From Acidobacteria bacterium bin61 (GTDB taxonomy: Bacteria; Acidobacteriota; Vicinamibacteria; Marinacidobacterales; SMYC01): a DNA stretch of 64,000 nt. The DNA lies in the NCBI GenBank assembly GCA_963578475.1, contig CAUZCL010000019.1:8148-72147 (forward strand). The letters run 5' to 3'. Positions 11,377 to 22,614 of the stretch are shown here, piece after piece. The notes under the pieces are model-generated. The model did not search any database. It was not told the DNA's origin and saw nothing but the letters and a program-made list of their open reading frames with translations. Each line of letters begins with the position of its first letter. The stretch's first letter is position 1. Position numbers and translations under genes: made by a program.

Positions 11377-11871
11377 GTGGGTGTTCTGCTGCTCGAAGAA
11401 GTCGACGAGGCGAGGATCGGACAGCTGCTCTCGCGATACGGCTTGAAGTTGAACCACGTTCCCGCCTGCCGCGCGATCCCAGGAAGTTATTGGGGCGATC
11501 GCGAAGCAGGACTCGTCGAGGATCGGCTCTACGCGCGGCCCGACACCCCGATCCACTCGGTGCTGCACGAAGCGGCGCATTTCGTGTGCATGAGCCCGTC
11601 CCGCCGCGCCTGTCTCGAACGCGACGCGGGCGGCGACGACGTCGAAGAAAACGCGGTGTGCTACCTCCAAGTGCTCTTGTCCGACCACGTTGTGCAGATG
11701 GGCCGCGATCGAATGTTTCGAGATATGGATAGCTGGGGCTACAGTTTTCGTTTGGGCTCGACAAAGAGCTGGTTCGACGAGGATGCCGAGGACGCGCTAT
11801 CGTGGCTTCGCGCCGAAGGATTGGTGGACGAGAAGGAGGCCGCTCTTTGGACGAGACGAGGGGAAGAATGA
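11377..11871 (+). CDS. Conserved hypothetical HExxH metalloprotein
   Basis: IPGSYWG, SVLHEAAH, EENAVCYLQ, MDSWGYSFRLGS. Stop overlaps the next start (ATGA). GTG start is inferred. Confidence 0.75.
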   Translation: MGVLLLEEVDEARIGQLLSRYGLKLNHVPACRAIPGSYWGDREAGLVEDRLYARPDTPIHSVLHEAAHFVCMSPSRRACLERDAGGDDVEENAVCYLQVLLSDHVVQMGRDRMFRDMDSWGYSFRLGSTKSWFDEDAEDALSWLRAEGLVDEKEAALWTRRGEE

Positions 11872-13292
11872 AGTGGGACGTGGACGACAGGCTCGCGCTT
11901 TCGGCCGAGTCGATGCGAGAGATGGGCTATCGCGTCGTGGACATCGTGGCGGAGAACTTCGCCACCCTCGCCGAGCGACCGGTCAGCTTGACGGACTCGA
12001 GAGCGGCGCTCGAAGCGGCGCTTCGGGAGCCGGCGCCCGCAAGACCGCGAGCTCCGGATGAGGTTCTCGAGATCGTCCGTGACGTCATCCTCGAGAACAT
12101 GATCCATGTCGACCACCCGAGAAATTTTGGTTTCGTTCCCGGCCCCAGCAACTATGTCGGCGCGCTCGCTGATTTTCTCACCGCGGGCTTCAACGTCTTT
12201 GCGGGCACGTGGCTCGAAGCTTCGGGGCCGGCGCAGATCGAGATCGTAACCATTGACTGGCTCAAAGAGCTGTGCGGCCTTCCGGGCTCGGCTCGAGGTT
12301 TGTTCGTGAGCGGCGGCTCGGCCGCCAACTTGACGTCGCTCATGATTGCGCGTCAGGAGAAGCTGCCTGATGGGCCGGCGGGCGGCGTGGCCTATTGCTC
12401 GGACCAGACGCATTCGTCGATGGAGCGAGCCTTTCGCATCCTCGGTTTCGGCGTTGGGCAAATCCGTCGCATCGAGACCGATAGCCGCTATCGGCTGTCT
12501 CTCAATGCACTCGAGAAAGCCATCGACGAAGACCGCGCCGAAGGCAAGAGACCGTTTTGCGTTGTCGCCAATGCGGGAACGACGAATACTGGCGCCGTGG
12601 ATCCTTTGCCCGAGCTTTCCGAGCTCTGTCGTCGCGAAGACCTTTGGCTGCACGCCGACGGCGCGTACGGAGCCGTAGCCGTGCTGTCACCGACCTACCG
12701 ACATTTGCTCGAAGGCCTAGGCAACGTCGATTCGCTCTCGCTCGATCCACACAAGTGGCTCTTCCAGCCCTACGAGATCGGCTGCGTGCTCATGCGCGAC
12801 GGCGAGCTTTTGACGAAGCACCTCGAAGCTCACCCCGAATATCTCCAGGACGTCAAGGCGGGAGAAGAAGAAGTTAATTTTTGCGATCTTGGCTTTCAGC
12901 TGACGCGGCAGTTTCGCGCGCTCAAGCTGTGGATGACGATCCAGCTCTTCGGGCTCGACAACATCCGGGCCGCCGTCGAGCGTGGGATTCGCGCAGCGGA
13001 GAAGGCGGAGACCTACGTACGAGGCCACGAAGAGCTCGAAGTGGTCTCGGCGGCCAAGCTCGGAGTCATCAGCTTTCGCTACCTCGCCAAATCGAGCGAC
13101 GACTTGAATGCGTTCAACCTCGAGCTCTCGAAAGCGGTCATCGTCGACAGCTTTTGCCTTGCGAGCTCGACGGAGTTGAACGGCAAGGTGGTGCTCCGCA
13201 TGTGCACCATCAACCCGCGCACGACCGCCGACGATCTTCTAAACACGGTGGAGCGGATTGTTGCGATTGGGCGGCGTCTCGACGCCCCTTGA
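11868..13292 (+). CDS. Group II PLP-dependent decarboxylase (aromatic amino acid/DABA decarboxylase family)
   Basis: HPRNFGFVP, SGGSAAN, THSS, AGTTNTGAVD, HADGAYG, LDPHKW (PLP lysine), FRALKLW. Confidence 0.92.
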   Translation: MKWDVDDRLALSAESMREMGYRVVDIVAENFATLAERPVSLTDSRAALEAALREPAPARPRAPDEVLEIVRDVILENMIHVDHPRNFGFVPGPSNYVGALADFLTAGFNVFAGTWLEASGPAQIEIVTIDWLKELCGLPGSARGLFVSGGSAANLTSLMIARQEKLPDGPAGGVAYCSDQTHSSMERAFRILGFGVGQIRRIETDSRYRLSLNALEKAIDEDRAEGKRPFCVVANAGTTNTGAVDPLPELSELCRREDLWLHADGAYGAVAVLSPTYRHLLEGLGNVDSLSLDPHKWLFQPYEIGCVLMRDGELLTKHLEAHPEYLQDVKAGEEEVNFCDLGFQLTRQFRALKLWMTIQLFGLDNIRAAVERGIRAAEKAETYVRGHEELEVVSAAKLGVISFRYLAKSSDDLNAFNLELSKAVIVDSFCLASSTELNGKVVLRMCTINPRTTADDLLNTVERIVAIGRRLDAP

Positions 13293-13403
13293 GGACGGTT
13301 TTCAAAGCGTCATCCTCGTGCGATAATTTTCTAAGTATCCCCGACAATTTGTAGCGCGTCCCAAACGGCCGGCGAGCCTCCCCTGGCCAGCGCGAGGAGC
13401 ATC

Positions 13404-13830
13404 ATGGACCAGCCCACACCGGGCGGAAGCCCTCTCGATTTCGACAAAGCTCAGTTCGAGGAAGAAACGCCCTCCGAGCTCACCTGCGAATACTGCAAGA
13501 AGGCCATCGACGGTGTGTATTTCGATGTGAATGGCGGGCCGCTCCCGAAGATGCGTCGATCGCAGTCTACCTGCTCGCATTGGTCGTCATTGGTGTCATC
13601 GCGATGGCCACGCCATTCCTCGCGGGGGTCGAGAACGTGATAGGTATCCTTATTATAGGCTTCGCTTTGTACGAAGCCTGGCGTATGAACGCGTACCAGC
13701 CTTTGGTCGTCGAAGGTCCCTTCAAACTAGGGGAAGAGCCGTCTGGCGATGCACTGCCCTGACTGCCGTATCGGCATCGCTTCGAACCGGTTGAGCTGCC
13801 CCGGCGTGCCACGCACTGGTCTACTTCAGA
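13404..13830 (+). pseudogene. Remnant of a membrane protein (internal deletion) plus the zinc-ribbon start of a downstream gene
   Basis: CEYCKKAI N-terminus is joined out of frame to the GILIIGFALYEAWRMN..GPF C-terminus. MHCPDC...CPG(C)HALVY starts at 13749 and breaks off. Confidence 0.55.
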
Positions 13831-13842
13831 ATCAGGAGTGGG

Positions 13843-14495
13843 CTAGCCGGTGAATGTGGCGGCGAGGTCGGTGCGCTCGTCTTCCGAGAGCTCGATTTCG
13901 AGAGCGGCTTCGGCCATGTCGAGATGTTCGGGTCGGCGTGGGCCGGTGATGATGGCGGTTGTGAGGGGGTTTGCGAGCGCCCATGCCATGGTGAGTGAGC
14001 CCATCGACACACCGCGATCCTCCGCGGTTTTGCGAAAGTGGCGCAGAGCGGAAAAGATCTTCTCGTTTACGAGATGCCAGATCTCGCGCTGTTGCTCGTG
14101 GAGCCCCTCGTATCGAAGAAATGCCGGGTCGGCAGCGTAAGGTGCTAAGACCGCGCTCGAATAGGCCGAGTCCCGGTTCGACTCGATCTTCTCGAAGCGC
14201 ACGACCAGGACGTCCCCCGGCTCAGCGCCCTCGATGTAGAACGGCCCGATCTGCGGGTTCGGGCCGGACGCGACTTGGTTGCCATGCTCGTCGCTGCCGC
14301 CTGCGTTAATCGTTTTGGTCACGACGCGGTCGCCCGGGCTGATCCGGAGCGCCGGCGGGTGGGCAAACGAGAAGGTGTTGTAGTGGTCGTCGCCTCGAAC
14401 TCGTGCGTCGTCTGGGCGAACGATGGCGTCGCGAGCAGCGCGGAAGCGAGAGAGATGACGAGACCGAGGGACAGCCTGGTCGAAGTGATGCGCAT
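13843..14495 (-). pseudogene. Chimera: acetamidase/formamidase N-terminus (frameshifted) fused to an aldo-keto reductase C-terminus
   Basis: Signal peptide, HPPALRISPGDRVVTKT, NPQIGPFYIEGAEPGDVL; from ~14070 MAWALANP..AIITGPRRPEHL..IELS. Confidence 0.72.
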
Positions 14496-14713
14496 GAAGG
14501 TTTCTCCTCTAAAAGCCAACTGGGGACATCTTAACGCACCGAGAGTACACCACGCACGAGGCGCCGCCGACGTATTGGGTCCGAAGAACTGAAGCGCCTC
14601 GCGCCGGTGGATTGAGCTTCTTGCCAGCGGAAGTGGACGCCGAAGTAGTACCGTTCGCTGCTCTGGACGAGAGCCCTCTGGGTCTCCTGGGGGAACGTCG
14701 ACGAGGCCGCCCG

Positions 14714-15961
14714 CTATCGCGCTCTCGAGGGCTGAGGACTGACAAGAACTGTGCGTGGTGAAATCAGCCGCACGACATTCTCTGCTTTATCGGTGAGATC
14801 GATACGCTCGAGAATGTCTTCGTCTATAAGACAGCGTGCGAACGCTCGATGGCCGGAGCTCGTGAAATGGCTGTCTTGAACGTAGTAGAGCGTTGCCACA
14901 GAACCTGACTTCTGCAGGCAGCTGCTCGCGTCGATCACGGGGACGCCAAACTGCTCGTAAATCTCGACGAGAGCTCGTGTCGGCATGTGCGGATCGATGC
15001 GCGTTCCGTCCATCCCGTAATAAGCGGTCTTCGCCTCGAATTGCGCTTGGTCGATCTGATACTTCGCGGGGATCACGACGAAGATCGTGTCGAACGACTT
15101 TTCTCGAGCGAGGCGTTCGAGCCGCTCCATTTGCTTGGAATAGATCCGTATGTATTCTTCGAGAAGCGCCCTGTCGCCGATCAAACGGAAAAAGAAGTCC
15201 ATCCCCGTCTTGCGACTCGGGTCTAGCAAGGTCAGAAGCGATTGGCGCGAGAACTGCAGCAGGTAGCTCTTCCGAAGGAGCGGGTGGCGGTTCACGAGCG
15301 CGTTGACGCGGACGTACCACGGTGGGCTCCTCGGCTCGCCGCTGCCCAGCACAGGCTGAGCTCTGCGGCTCCAGGTTTCGTACAGGTCGTTCCCGGCATA
15401 AGCGGCGATGACGTAGAGAGGCGGCGAGCCGAGCTCCTCGTGCCTGAGCTCGATGACGTCGAGCTCTTCTTTCAGTGAAAATTCCGGTACTCCAAGATTC
15501 ACCACATGCCGGCCAGATTCTAGAGCCAAGTGGGAGGCGAAAGTTTCGTCGTCTTCGACGCCGATGCCAAAAGTAAAAGAGTCTCCGAGGACGGGAACAA
15601 GTGGTGCACGGCCGCGCTTCTCGCTGGTCACCCTGGTACAGAGCTCATCAAAGTGGGCCGTCTTGCGGTACTCAACATTTTGTATCGTTAACTCGGCGCC
15701 CGGCTCGAAACGGAGGATGCGGCCGTCCCGCCTCTCGATCGGCCGAGCCGCGTCCGAGCCAAAGCTCTGAGCGCTACCGGCGGTGAGCTCCCGCATTCTG
15801 AGCTCGAGCCAATCCGGTCCCGCCGATCTCAAGTAGAGCTCCTCCGCCATCAGCGCACCTAGCGTGCTCGTAGCGAGAGCCACGAGCCCAAAGACACGAT
15901 GCCGGCGTCTCGTCCGCTTGGAAAGGTCTTGCAAGATTGTCGCCTCAGGTAGGGCCGCCAC
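14714..15961 (-). CDS. SGNH/GDSL hydrolase or AlgX-like membrane-anchored protein
   Basis: N-terminal TM segment, LGDSFTFG, NLGV, GND, DSHFTSSGH (DxH). Confidence 0.8.
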   Translation of the reverse strand: MAALPEATILQDLSKRTRRRHRVFGLVALATSTLGALMAEELYLRSAGPDWLELRMRELTAGSAQSFGSDAARPIERRDGRILRFEPGAELTIQNVEYRKTAHFDELCTRVTSEKRGRAPLVPVLGDSFTFGIGVEDDETFASHLALESGRHVVNLGVPEFSLKEELDVIELRHEELGSPPLYVIAAYAGNDLYETWSRRAQPVLGSGEPRSPPWYVRVNALVNRHPLLRKSYLLQFSRQSLLTLLDPSRKTGMDFFFRLIGDRALLEEYIRIYSKQMERLERLAREKSFDTIFVVIPAKYQIDQAQFEAKTAYYGMDGTRIDPHMPTRALVEIYEQFGVPVIDASSCLQKSGSVATLYYVQDSHFTSSGHRAFARCLIDEDILERIDLTDKAENVVRLISPRTVLVSPQPSRAR

Positions 15962-16042
15962 CCCGAGCGCGTCCCGTTAGAAATATTCCCGTGTTTCGAT
16001 TCTACGGACCGTTTCCAAGGCAAGCAACAGGGATGAAGGAAC

Positions 16043-16999
16043 CTAGACCAAATGGCAAGCCGCCTGATGCTTCTGGCCGACTCCGCGGAACTCAGGTACT
16101 TCGCTGCGACACTGCGGCTCGACCTCCGGGCAGCGGGTGTGGAAGCGGCATCCCTCCGGGGGTGCGGCGGGCGGCGGAATCTCGCCTCTGAGCACCTGTC
16201 TCGCGCGCTTTCGGTTGGGTCTCGGCAGTGAGGCGAGCAAGGCCTTCGTATACGGATGTCGCGGGTTTCGAAAGAGGTCCTGTCCGGATCCGATCTCCGC
16301 GATCTTGCCGAGATACATCACTGCGACGCGGTCGCACATGTGGCGGACCATGCCCAGGTCATGTGAGATGAAGAGATAGGCGAGACCAAACCGCTTCTGG
16401 ATGTCTTTCAGAAGATTCACGATCTGCCCTTGAATCGAGACGTCCAGCGCCGAGATCGGCTCGTCGCAGACGATCAGGTTCGGGTTGAGCGCGAGCGCTC
16501 GTGCGATACCGATCCGCTGCCGCTGTCCGCCGGAAAATTCGTGGGGGTAGCGATCGCTGAAAGACGGATTGAGGCCGACGATTTCCATGAGCTCGCGGAT
16601 CCGCTCCTGCCGCTCTGTCCGGCTGGAGCTCGTGTGCTCGGCGAGGGGCTCGCCGATCGAGGCGCCGATCTTCATCCGCGGGTTGAGCGAGGAGTAAGGG
16701 TCTTGGAAGATCATCTGCATCTTCGAGCGGAGCTTCCGAAGGGTTTGGCGCTCGAGGCCGTGCACGTCCATCCCGTTGAAAAGCACGTGCCCCGCGGTCG
16801 GCGTCGTCAGTCTTACGATCGTTCGCGCGAGCGTGGTCTTGCCGCACCCGCTTTCTCCAACGAGGCCGAGCGTCTCGCCTTGCTCGAGCTCGAACGAAAC
16901 TCCGTCGACTGCGCGCACGGTACCGACCCTCCGCTGCCAGATGCCGCGCTGAATCGGGTAGTGCTTCTCGAGCCCGACGACCTGAAGCAGCTTTGCCAT
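16043..16999 (-). CDS. Oligopeptide ABC transporter ATP-binding protein (OppF/DppF)
   Basis: GESGCGKTT, FSGGQRQR, CDEPISALD, HPYT, GCRFHTRC. Confidence 0.92.
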   Translation of the reverse strand: MAKLLQVVGLEKHYPIQRGIWQRRVGTVRAVDGVSFELEQGETLGLVGESGCGKTTLARTIVRLTTPTAGHVLFNGMDVHGLERQTLRKLRSKMQMIFQDPYSSLNPRMKIGASIGEPLAEHTSSSRTERQERIRELMEIVGLNPSFSDRYPHEFSGGQRQRIGIARALALNPNLIVCDEPISALDVSIQGQIVNLLKDIQKRFGLAYLFISHDLGMVRHMCDRVAVMYLGKIAEIGSGQDLFRNPRHPYTKALLASLPRPNRKRARQVLRGEIPPPAAPPEGCRFHTRCPEVEPQCRSEVPEFRGVGQKHQAACHLV

Positions 17000-17001
17000 C
17001 G

Positions 17002-17607
17002 CTATACTCTGCGCTCGCGCCCGGCTTCGATGTCCCACCAGCACGCGACGCTTCGGCCATCGTCGAGCTCCATGAGCGGCGGGTTCTCCTCTCGGCATTT
17101 GTCGAGTACGAGCTCACAGCGCTCCGCGAAAGGACATCCACGAGGAAGCGTCGTCATACTGGGCGGCTGTCCCGGGACCGTCGAGAGATGCTCTTGGCGG
17201 TCCCCGTCGATTTGCGGAATCGAAGCAAGTAGCCCGCGCGTGTAGGGATGTTGGGGAGATGCAAATAGCGGTCCGACGCGGGCATATTCCACGATGTAGC
17301 CGCCATACATGACGGCGACCCAATCGGCGAGATCGGCGACGACACGAAGGTCGTGCGTGATCCAAATCATCGCCATATCGCGCGAGGCTCGGAGCTCGGC
17401 GACCATTTCGAGAATCTGTGCCTGGATGGTGACGTCGAGCGCCGTTGTCGGCTCGTCCGCGATGAGAAGTCCCGGGTCGCAAGAAAGCGCCATCGCGATC
17501 ATCACGCGCTGGCACATGCCGCCCGAGAACTGATGCGGATAGTCGTCGAGGCTGTCTTCCGGCCGCGGGATGCCCACCGCTAGCAAAAGCTCTGCCCCGG
17601 TATACAA
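17002..17607 (-). pseudogene. OppD/DppD ATP-binding protein, 5' half missing
   Basis: [21 protein letters not shown] and HPYT are present, but there is no Walker A and no permease or binding-protein genes upstream. Confidence 0.8.
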
Positions 17608-17797
17608 AGACGATGCAGACGAGGATCGGCGATGCCTTCGAGCGAGCGACTGCCTTCGCGACCCAGCTGCAAAGCTCGAGGCCGCGAGACATCGTCGCCT
17701 TCTCGCGGTCGAGCGGCTTGAAATCGACTATCCTTCGGAAGCGAGGCACCCGTCGGAGACCGACGCGCATCGCGACTGACCCGCGCAACCGCGGCTA

Positions 17798-18964
17798 CTA
17801 CTGGCTTACCGAGTACTTGGTGAACGCGCCACCGGCCTGGCTCAGCGAGTTCGGCCCTTCTGCGGCATACACATTACCGTCCGCGTCGACCGCGACGCCC
17901 TCGCCCGCCGTGCCCTGATAGAGCCTGCTCTCCCGCTCGAACGGTGGAATGAAGGCCGTGATGTAGTCCCCGTCGACCGGTCCGATGCGGACACCGTTGC
18001 GCCAGTTCGGGTGGTTGGTCGGGCTCGACTCGGAGTCGATCGCGTACACCATCTCGTCTACGATGAAGATGCCGCTGATGCGCCCGTATGAGTAGCGCGA
18101 CTCGAGATAGTGGCCATCCTGGTCGAAAATCTCGATGCGGTGATTGCCGCGGTCCGCGACCCAGAGGCGGCCTTGCGAATCGAAGACCAGCGCGTGCGGA
18201 GTCCGGAACTCACCGTGCTCGACGCCGATCTGGCCCCACTCTTTGATGAAGGTCCCGTCGGCCGAGAACTTCAGGATGCGGCCGGTGTTCCCTGCCTCGC
18301 GGCCTTCCTCCATCCTCTGGTTGGTCGTCATCCCCTGACCGCTGTGGCCGTCGGCGACGAAGATGCTCCCGTCTGGTGCGGTGATGACGTCGTTCGGCTG
18401 ATTGAACTGGTTTGGGCCGCTGCCCGGCTGCCCCGCCGTGCCGAGGCTCATCAGGAGCTCGCCATCGGGGCTGAACTTGTGCACCTGATGCCCCTTCGTT
18501 CCCTCGGCGTTCCCGGCGAAGTCCGTCACCCAAACGTTGCCTTCGGCGTCGACGTGGATGCCGTGGGGGGTGACCATGACGCCACCGCCAAAATTGGCGA
18601 GCGCCTCGCCGGTGTTTCGGTCGAACTTGAAGATCGGGTCCACGGGGTTGTTGTCGCAGTTGACGGGTTCCCCGTCACCAAAGTTGCCCGCCCCGCAGCG
18701 CTCATACGCCCAGATATGCCCGTCGAGCGGATCGATGTCGATACCGGCGGTCGAGCCCCACTCTCGTCCCTCTGGAAGCGTGCCCCAGTTCACAGCAACG
18801 TTCGGGGCCGGATTTGGCAGACCTTCTCCAGTGATTAGGTTGCCGGTGGGCATTTCCGGCCCCTCAGCCATCGCCTCCGGAACGTTCGATTCGGAGACAC
18901 AGCCGGCCAGCAGACACAGGACGGCGACAAACAACACGGACTTCGCGGTTCGCAACGACGACAT
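17798..18964 (-). CDS. NHL-repeat beta-propeller lipoprotein (peptidyl-alpha-hydroxyglycine lyase-like)
   Basis: Lipobox LAGC; PHGIHVDAEGNVWVTD, FNQPNDV, FRTPHAL..ADRGNHRIEIFD. Confidence 0.85.
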   Translation of the reverse strand: MSSLRTAKSVLFVAVLCLLAGCVSESNVPEAMAEGPEMPTGNLITGEGLPNPAPNVAVNWGTLPEGREWGSTAGIDIDPLDGHIWAYERCGAGNFGDGEPVNCDNNPVDPIFKFDRNTGEALANFGGGVMVTPHGIHVDAEGNVWVTDFAGNAEGTKGHQVHKFSPDGELLMSLGTAGQPGSGPNQFNQPNDVITAPDGSIFVADGHSGQGMTTNQRMEEGREAGNTGRILKFSADGTFIKEWGQIGVEHGEFRTPHALVFDSQGRLWVADRGNHRIEIFDQDGHYLESRYSYGRISGIFIVDEMVYAIDSESSPTNHPNWRNGVRIGPVDGDYITAFIPPFERESRLYQGTAGEGVAVDADGNVYAAEGPNSLSQAGGAFTKYSVSQ

Positions 18965-19159
18965 TGGTTAGCTCCTTTTCCCTACGACGACGCGTTCGGT
19001 CGATCCCGATCGATTCCGTATGACAAGCGCCAGCTGGAACTTTCGGGTCGAACCCGGAAACCTCCGGGATCCCAGGTCGTATGGTCCTAGATTCTATACG
19101 CTCTGCCCGGTCAGAGAAAAATTTCAGGATGAGTCGCTGCCGCTTTTTGTCCGTGAAAG

Positions 19160-19406
19160 CAACGAGGACGTGCTCGACATTTTGACGAGCCACGTGTCGA
19201 TGACGCGCGCGATCGCCGCCAAGAATTTGACCGAACTTACCGGGGGGACGGTCGGTTTCAGCCGAGACGGTGCGCTCAGCATGGAAGGTGTTTCGACGGT
19301 ATTGGCACTCAGGCACGCCTACGGGACACCCGCTCACGACTTCATCGACATCGAAGCGTTCGTCGACCTCAGCTACTACGAGGCCGCGCTCGCGTCGCTA
19401 CGATAG
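19160..19406 (+). pseudogene. C-terminal fragment of an NMT1/SsuA-like ABC substrate-binding protein
   Basis: [16 protein letters not shown]...[11 protein letters not shown] tail only. Confidence 0.5.
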
Positions 19407-19419
19407 CTCACCTGAGAAA

Positions 19420-19750
19420 ACGCAACGAGATCAACATCGGAATGTTCCAAAACGGCTACGGACAATCGCTCGGGCAGTGGGGCGACCTGACCTATATTCC
19501 GAATCTCTACAATATTTTCTACACCTTCACCGTCAACGAAGATGTGTGGAACGGCTTGACGTTTGGGCAAAGGGCCGGCATCGAACGCGCGATGGAGGAG
19601 GTCGAGAAATCGGCCTTCGGCTATCAAATCGACGGCTTGCTCGTGAAGCAAGGGCTCATGCAGGAACAAGACGCGCAGGTGCACTATCAGACCAAGGCGG
19701 AAAAAGCTGCGTGGAAAGCGTTCTTCGCGCCTTCGATCGAAGCGTGGCAC
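19420..19750 (+). pseudogene. C-terminal fragment of a TRAP substrate-binding protein (DctP-like)
   Basis: [21 protein letters not shown]...EKAAWKA pattern; no N-terminus. Confidence 0.5.
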
Positions 19751-20097
19751 GACTTTCAGATATTGCTTACTTTTCTTCATCACCAACCAGCTCCAAAGCC
19801 CGCTTCACGTCGTTCATATGGTACCGCTTCGCGTCCTGGCGGGTGTGGGCTCAGAGGGCCCAGACTCCACGGGCGGCCTACCGCGTCCTGGTCTGGCGTA
19901 CTGGTAGGGGAGAGATTTCCGTTCTGACGACCCGAGAGATACAATGCGCGTGTTTTGGGGTACTGGAATTTGTTACGAATCTGTGGGAGCCTCTGGAGTT
20001 TTATTGGGCTGGATCGCTGCACGGTGGCGCGACTCCCGCATCGTCGAGGGCTAGATCCATCAACCGGCCAAACTCGTCAGGGAAAGGGAAGAGCAAA

Positions 20098-22236
20098 ATG
20101 AGTAACCACCACCAGCGCGAGCCGTCTTTTCGCCTGCCAACCTTGCTTCGGCTCACGCTAGCACTCGGCGGGCTGCTTTGCGCGTCCAGTGCGTCCATGG
20201 CTCAGGGCCCGGGCACCGAAGAGGGTCGCTGGGCCTTCCTGGGTGGAGATGCGTGGCATACGCGGTATACGCCCGCCGATCAAATCAACGCGTCCAACTT
20301 TGGAGAGCTCGAAGTCGTCTGGCGATTCGATGCCTCGAGCTTCGGCCCCAGCACCTCCCGGGCAACGGCCAGCTACATGGATGGCAAGCTGATCACGGTC
20401 ACGGGCGAACGCCGGCACGTCATCGCCCTCGACCCAGCTACGGGAGAGCTACTCTGGAGTTTCACGGAGCCCAACACGTTCCGCTACGAGTACTCGATGC
20501 GGAAGGGATACGGGAAGGGCATCGCCTACGGCGAGATCGACGGTCGCGGTGTGGTGTACATCACCACGCCGGCCTTTTTCCTCCACGCCTTGGACGCTGA
20601 GACTGGGCGGCCCCTCGAGAATTGGGGCAAACCCGTGGATGTGCCCGGGTTTCCGAAGTCGGGCACCGTCGACCTGGTCGCGGATCTGATCCAGGACTGG
20701 GGTCCGTGGCAGGCATGGAAAAAGCCCTATGACGCCTATCAGGGAATTCCTCTCGAGCTCGGCTACATCACCAGCTCCTCGCCGCCGATCGTGGTCAACG
20801 ACGTGGTGGTGGTGGGGAACTCCGCCGAGCAAGGCTACAACCAGACGCGGAAGGAAATGGTCCCCGGAGACATTCTCGCCTACGACGCCCGCACCGGGGC
20901 CTTCAAGTGGAAATTCCACGTCATCCCGCGTTCCGGAGAAGTAGGGCACGACACGTGGGAGAATGACGCGTGGAAGTGGACGGGGGACATCTCCTCCTGG
21001 GCGCCGATGTCGGCAGATCCGGAGCTTGGTCTCGTCTATATTCCAACTAACGGGGCCACCATCGACTACTACGGAGGCTTCCATCCGGGCGACAATCTCT
21101 ACGGCACGAGCTTGATCGCGCTGGACGTCAAAACGGGCGAGCGAAAGTGGCACTTCCAGATGGTCCATCACGACATCTGGAACTACGACACGCCCACGGC
21201 TCCGCTGCTGATGGACGTCACCGTCGATGGTAAGGTGATAAAGGGTATCTTCCAGGCCACCAAGCAATCTTTTGTGTACGCGCTGAACCGAGAGACGGGC
21301 GAGCCGATCTGGCCCATTGAAGAGCGCCCCGTTCCGGCGTCGACCGTCCCCGGCGAGAAGCTGTCGCCTACGCAACCCTTTCCCACCAAGCCGGCAGCGT
21401 TCGACTTACAGGGACGGACGGAGGAAGATCTCATCGACTACACGCCCGATATTCGGCAGAAGGTGCTCGAGTACGCGCGTGAGAAGAACCTCTTCTTCCC
21501 GTTGTTCAATCCGCCCGTGGTCGCGGATAGCCCGGACGCCAACTGGCCGGGTGCGGGCCTCGCCTGCCCCGGGGCGGGAGGCGGCGTCAATATTTACAGC
21601 CCCGCCGTGGCGGACCCGCTAGCGGGCATTATGTACGTTGCATCGAGCAGCGGTTGCTCCGCGTACACCCTCATGCCCGGAAAAGAATCCCCGCTCGAGA
21701 CGTCTACCGTGCCGACGGGCGTGAGCCACTCCGAGTGGTCGCGCGCGGCGGGAGGCGGACGCGGCCGACGTGGTGGCGCACCGGGTCGCCCAGACCGGGC
21801 AAGCATCGACGGGCTTTCCATTTGGAAGGGGCCCGCGGGGCGCATTACCGCCATTGACATGAACACGGGCGAGAATCTTTGGGTGATCCCCAATGGCGAT
21901 GTGGAGGAGGACCAGCAGGAGGCCATCCGGAATCACCCCATGCTTCAGGGTGTGGAGAACGTCCCGACCAACCCCGGCCGCCGCGGATTCTCGGTAATGG
22001 TCGCAACGCCAAACATGCTCATGATTTCCGGCCAGACCAGCGACGGAACCTGGAACCTGTTCGCGATCGACAAGCTCACTGGCGAACGCGTGGGATCCGT
22101 CGAGATTCCTGGATCGACGCGGTATGGCATGTCGAGCTGGATGCATAACGGTCACCAGTATGTGATGGTCCAGCTCGGGGACGGCCTCGCGGCGATGGCA
22201 TTGCCCGGAGCCAAGGTAGAAAGCCAGGCGCACTGA
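20098..22236 (+). CDS. PQQ-dependent dehydrogenase (quinoprotein glucose dehydrogenase-like)
   Basis: Signal peptide; [11 protein letters not shown] repeats, [34 protein letters not shown]. Start at ATG 20098, not 19270. Confidence 0.9.
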   Translation: MSNHHQREPSFRLPTLLRLTLALGGLLCASSASMAQGPGTEEGRWAFLGGDAWHTRYTPADQINASNFGELEVVWRFDASSFGPSTSRATASYMDGKLITVTGERRHVIALDPATGELLWSFTEPNTFRYEYSMRKGYGKGIAYGEIDGRGVVYITTPAFFLHALDAETGRPLENWGKPVDVPGFPKSGTVDLVADLIQDWGPWQAWKKPYDAYQGIPLELGYITSSSPPIVVNDVVVVGNSAEQGYNQTRKEMVPGDILAYDARTGAFKWKFHVIPRSGEVGHDTWENDAWKWTGDISSWAPMSADPELGLVYIPTNGATIDYYGGFHPGDNLYGTSLIALDVKTGERKWHFQMVHHDIWNYDTPTAPLLMDVTVDGKVIKGIFQATKQSFVYALNRETGEPIWPIEERPVPASTVPGEKLSPTQPFPTKPAAFDLQGRTEEDLIDYTPDIRQKVLEYAREKNLFFPLFNPPVVADSPDANWPGAGLACPGAGGGVNIYSPAVADPLAGIMYVASSSGCSAYTLMPGKESPLETSTVPTGVSHSEWSRAAGGGRGRRGGAPGRPDRASIDGLSIWKGPAGRITAIDMNTGENLWVIPNGDVEEDQQEAIRNHPMLQGVENVPTNPGRRGFSVMVATPNMLMISGQTSDGTWNLFAIDKLTGERVGSVEIPGSTRYGMSSWMHNGHQYVMVQLGDGLAAMALPGAKVESQAH

Positions 22237-22300
22237 GTCGTCGCGAAGCCGGCGAGGGGGTTTGAGCTAACCGAGCTGCTGATTACGAAGGAACGAAGAA

Positions 22301-22348
22301 GGGCCACCAAGGGGCACAAAAGGGTTCAAACCCTTCCCTTCGTGGTCC
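22301..22348. repeat. Nested hairpin downstream of the PQQ gene (REP-like or terminator)
   Basis: GGGCCACCAAGGG...CCCTTCGTGGTCC outer arms around AAGGGTT-CA-AACCCTT. Confidence 0.5.
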
Positions 22349-22501
22349 TGCCCAAATGCCACTGAGGTGGCGAACCTCAATGAATGGTGTGGCGGGTGTC
22401 TCGGACCGAACCGCTCGCAGGTCTTGCGGATTACGATCTCAGCAGGCGCCGTAGGTGAACCTCTTTCCCCCGTAAATAACTTCAAAACAACGACTTGCTG
22501 C

Positions 22502-22530
22502 TTGACATCGGTCTATATATATACTATAGT
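22502..22530 (+). promoter_or_regulatory. Sigma70 promoter with an overlapping palindromic operator
   Basis: TTGACA-N17-TATAGT; the spacer holds GTCTATATATATAC. AGGAGGA and ATG follow at 22598-22611. Confidence 0.7.
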
Positions 22531-22614
22531 TTCACTTGATCGGCAGCGAGAAAATGTACTTGGACACGCGTTCGCTGTCCTCCCAAATCCACATTCCAGG
22601 AGGAATTCATGAGC

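Noticed and set aside
17613-17680. [19 protein letters not shown], resembling an HD-domain protein start
   Set aside because: About 20 codons, too short to call.
19765-19880. Minus-strand [14 protein letters not shown], resembling a HicA toxin tail
   Set aside because: Very short, with an internal stop and no hicB partner.
19270-20097. 988-aa ORF implying a long N-terminal extension of the PQQ dehydrogenase
   Set aside because: The extension is non-protein-like and overlaps other remnants; the signal peptide starts at 20098.
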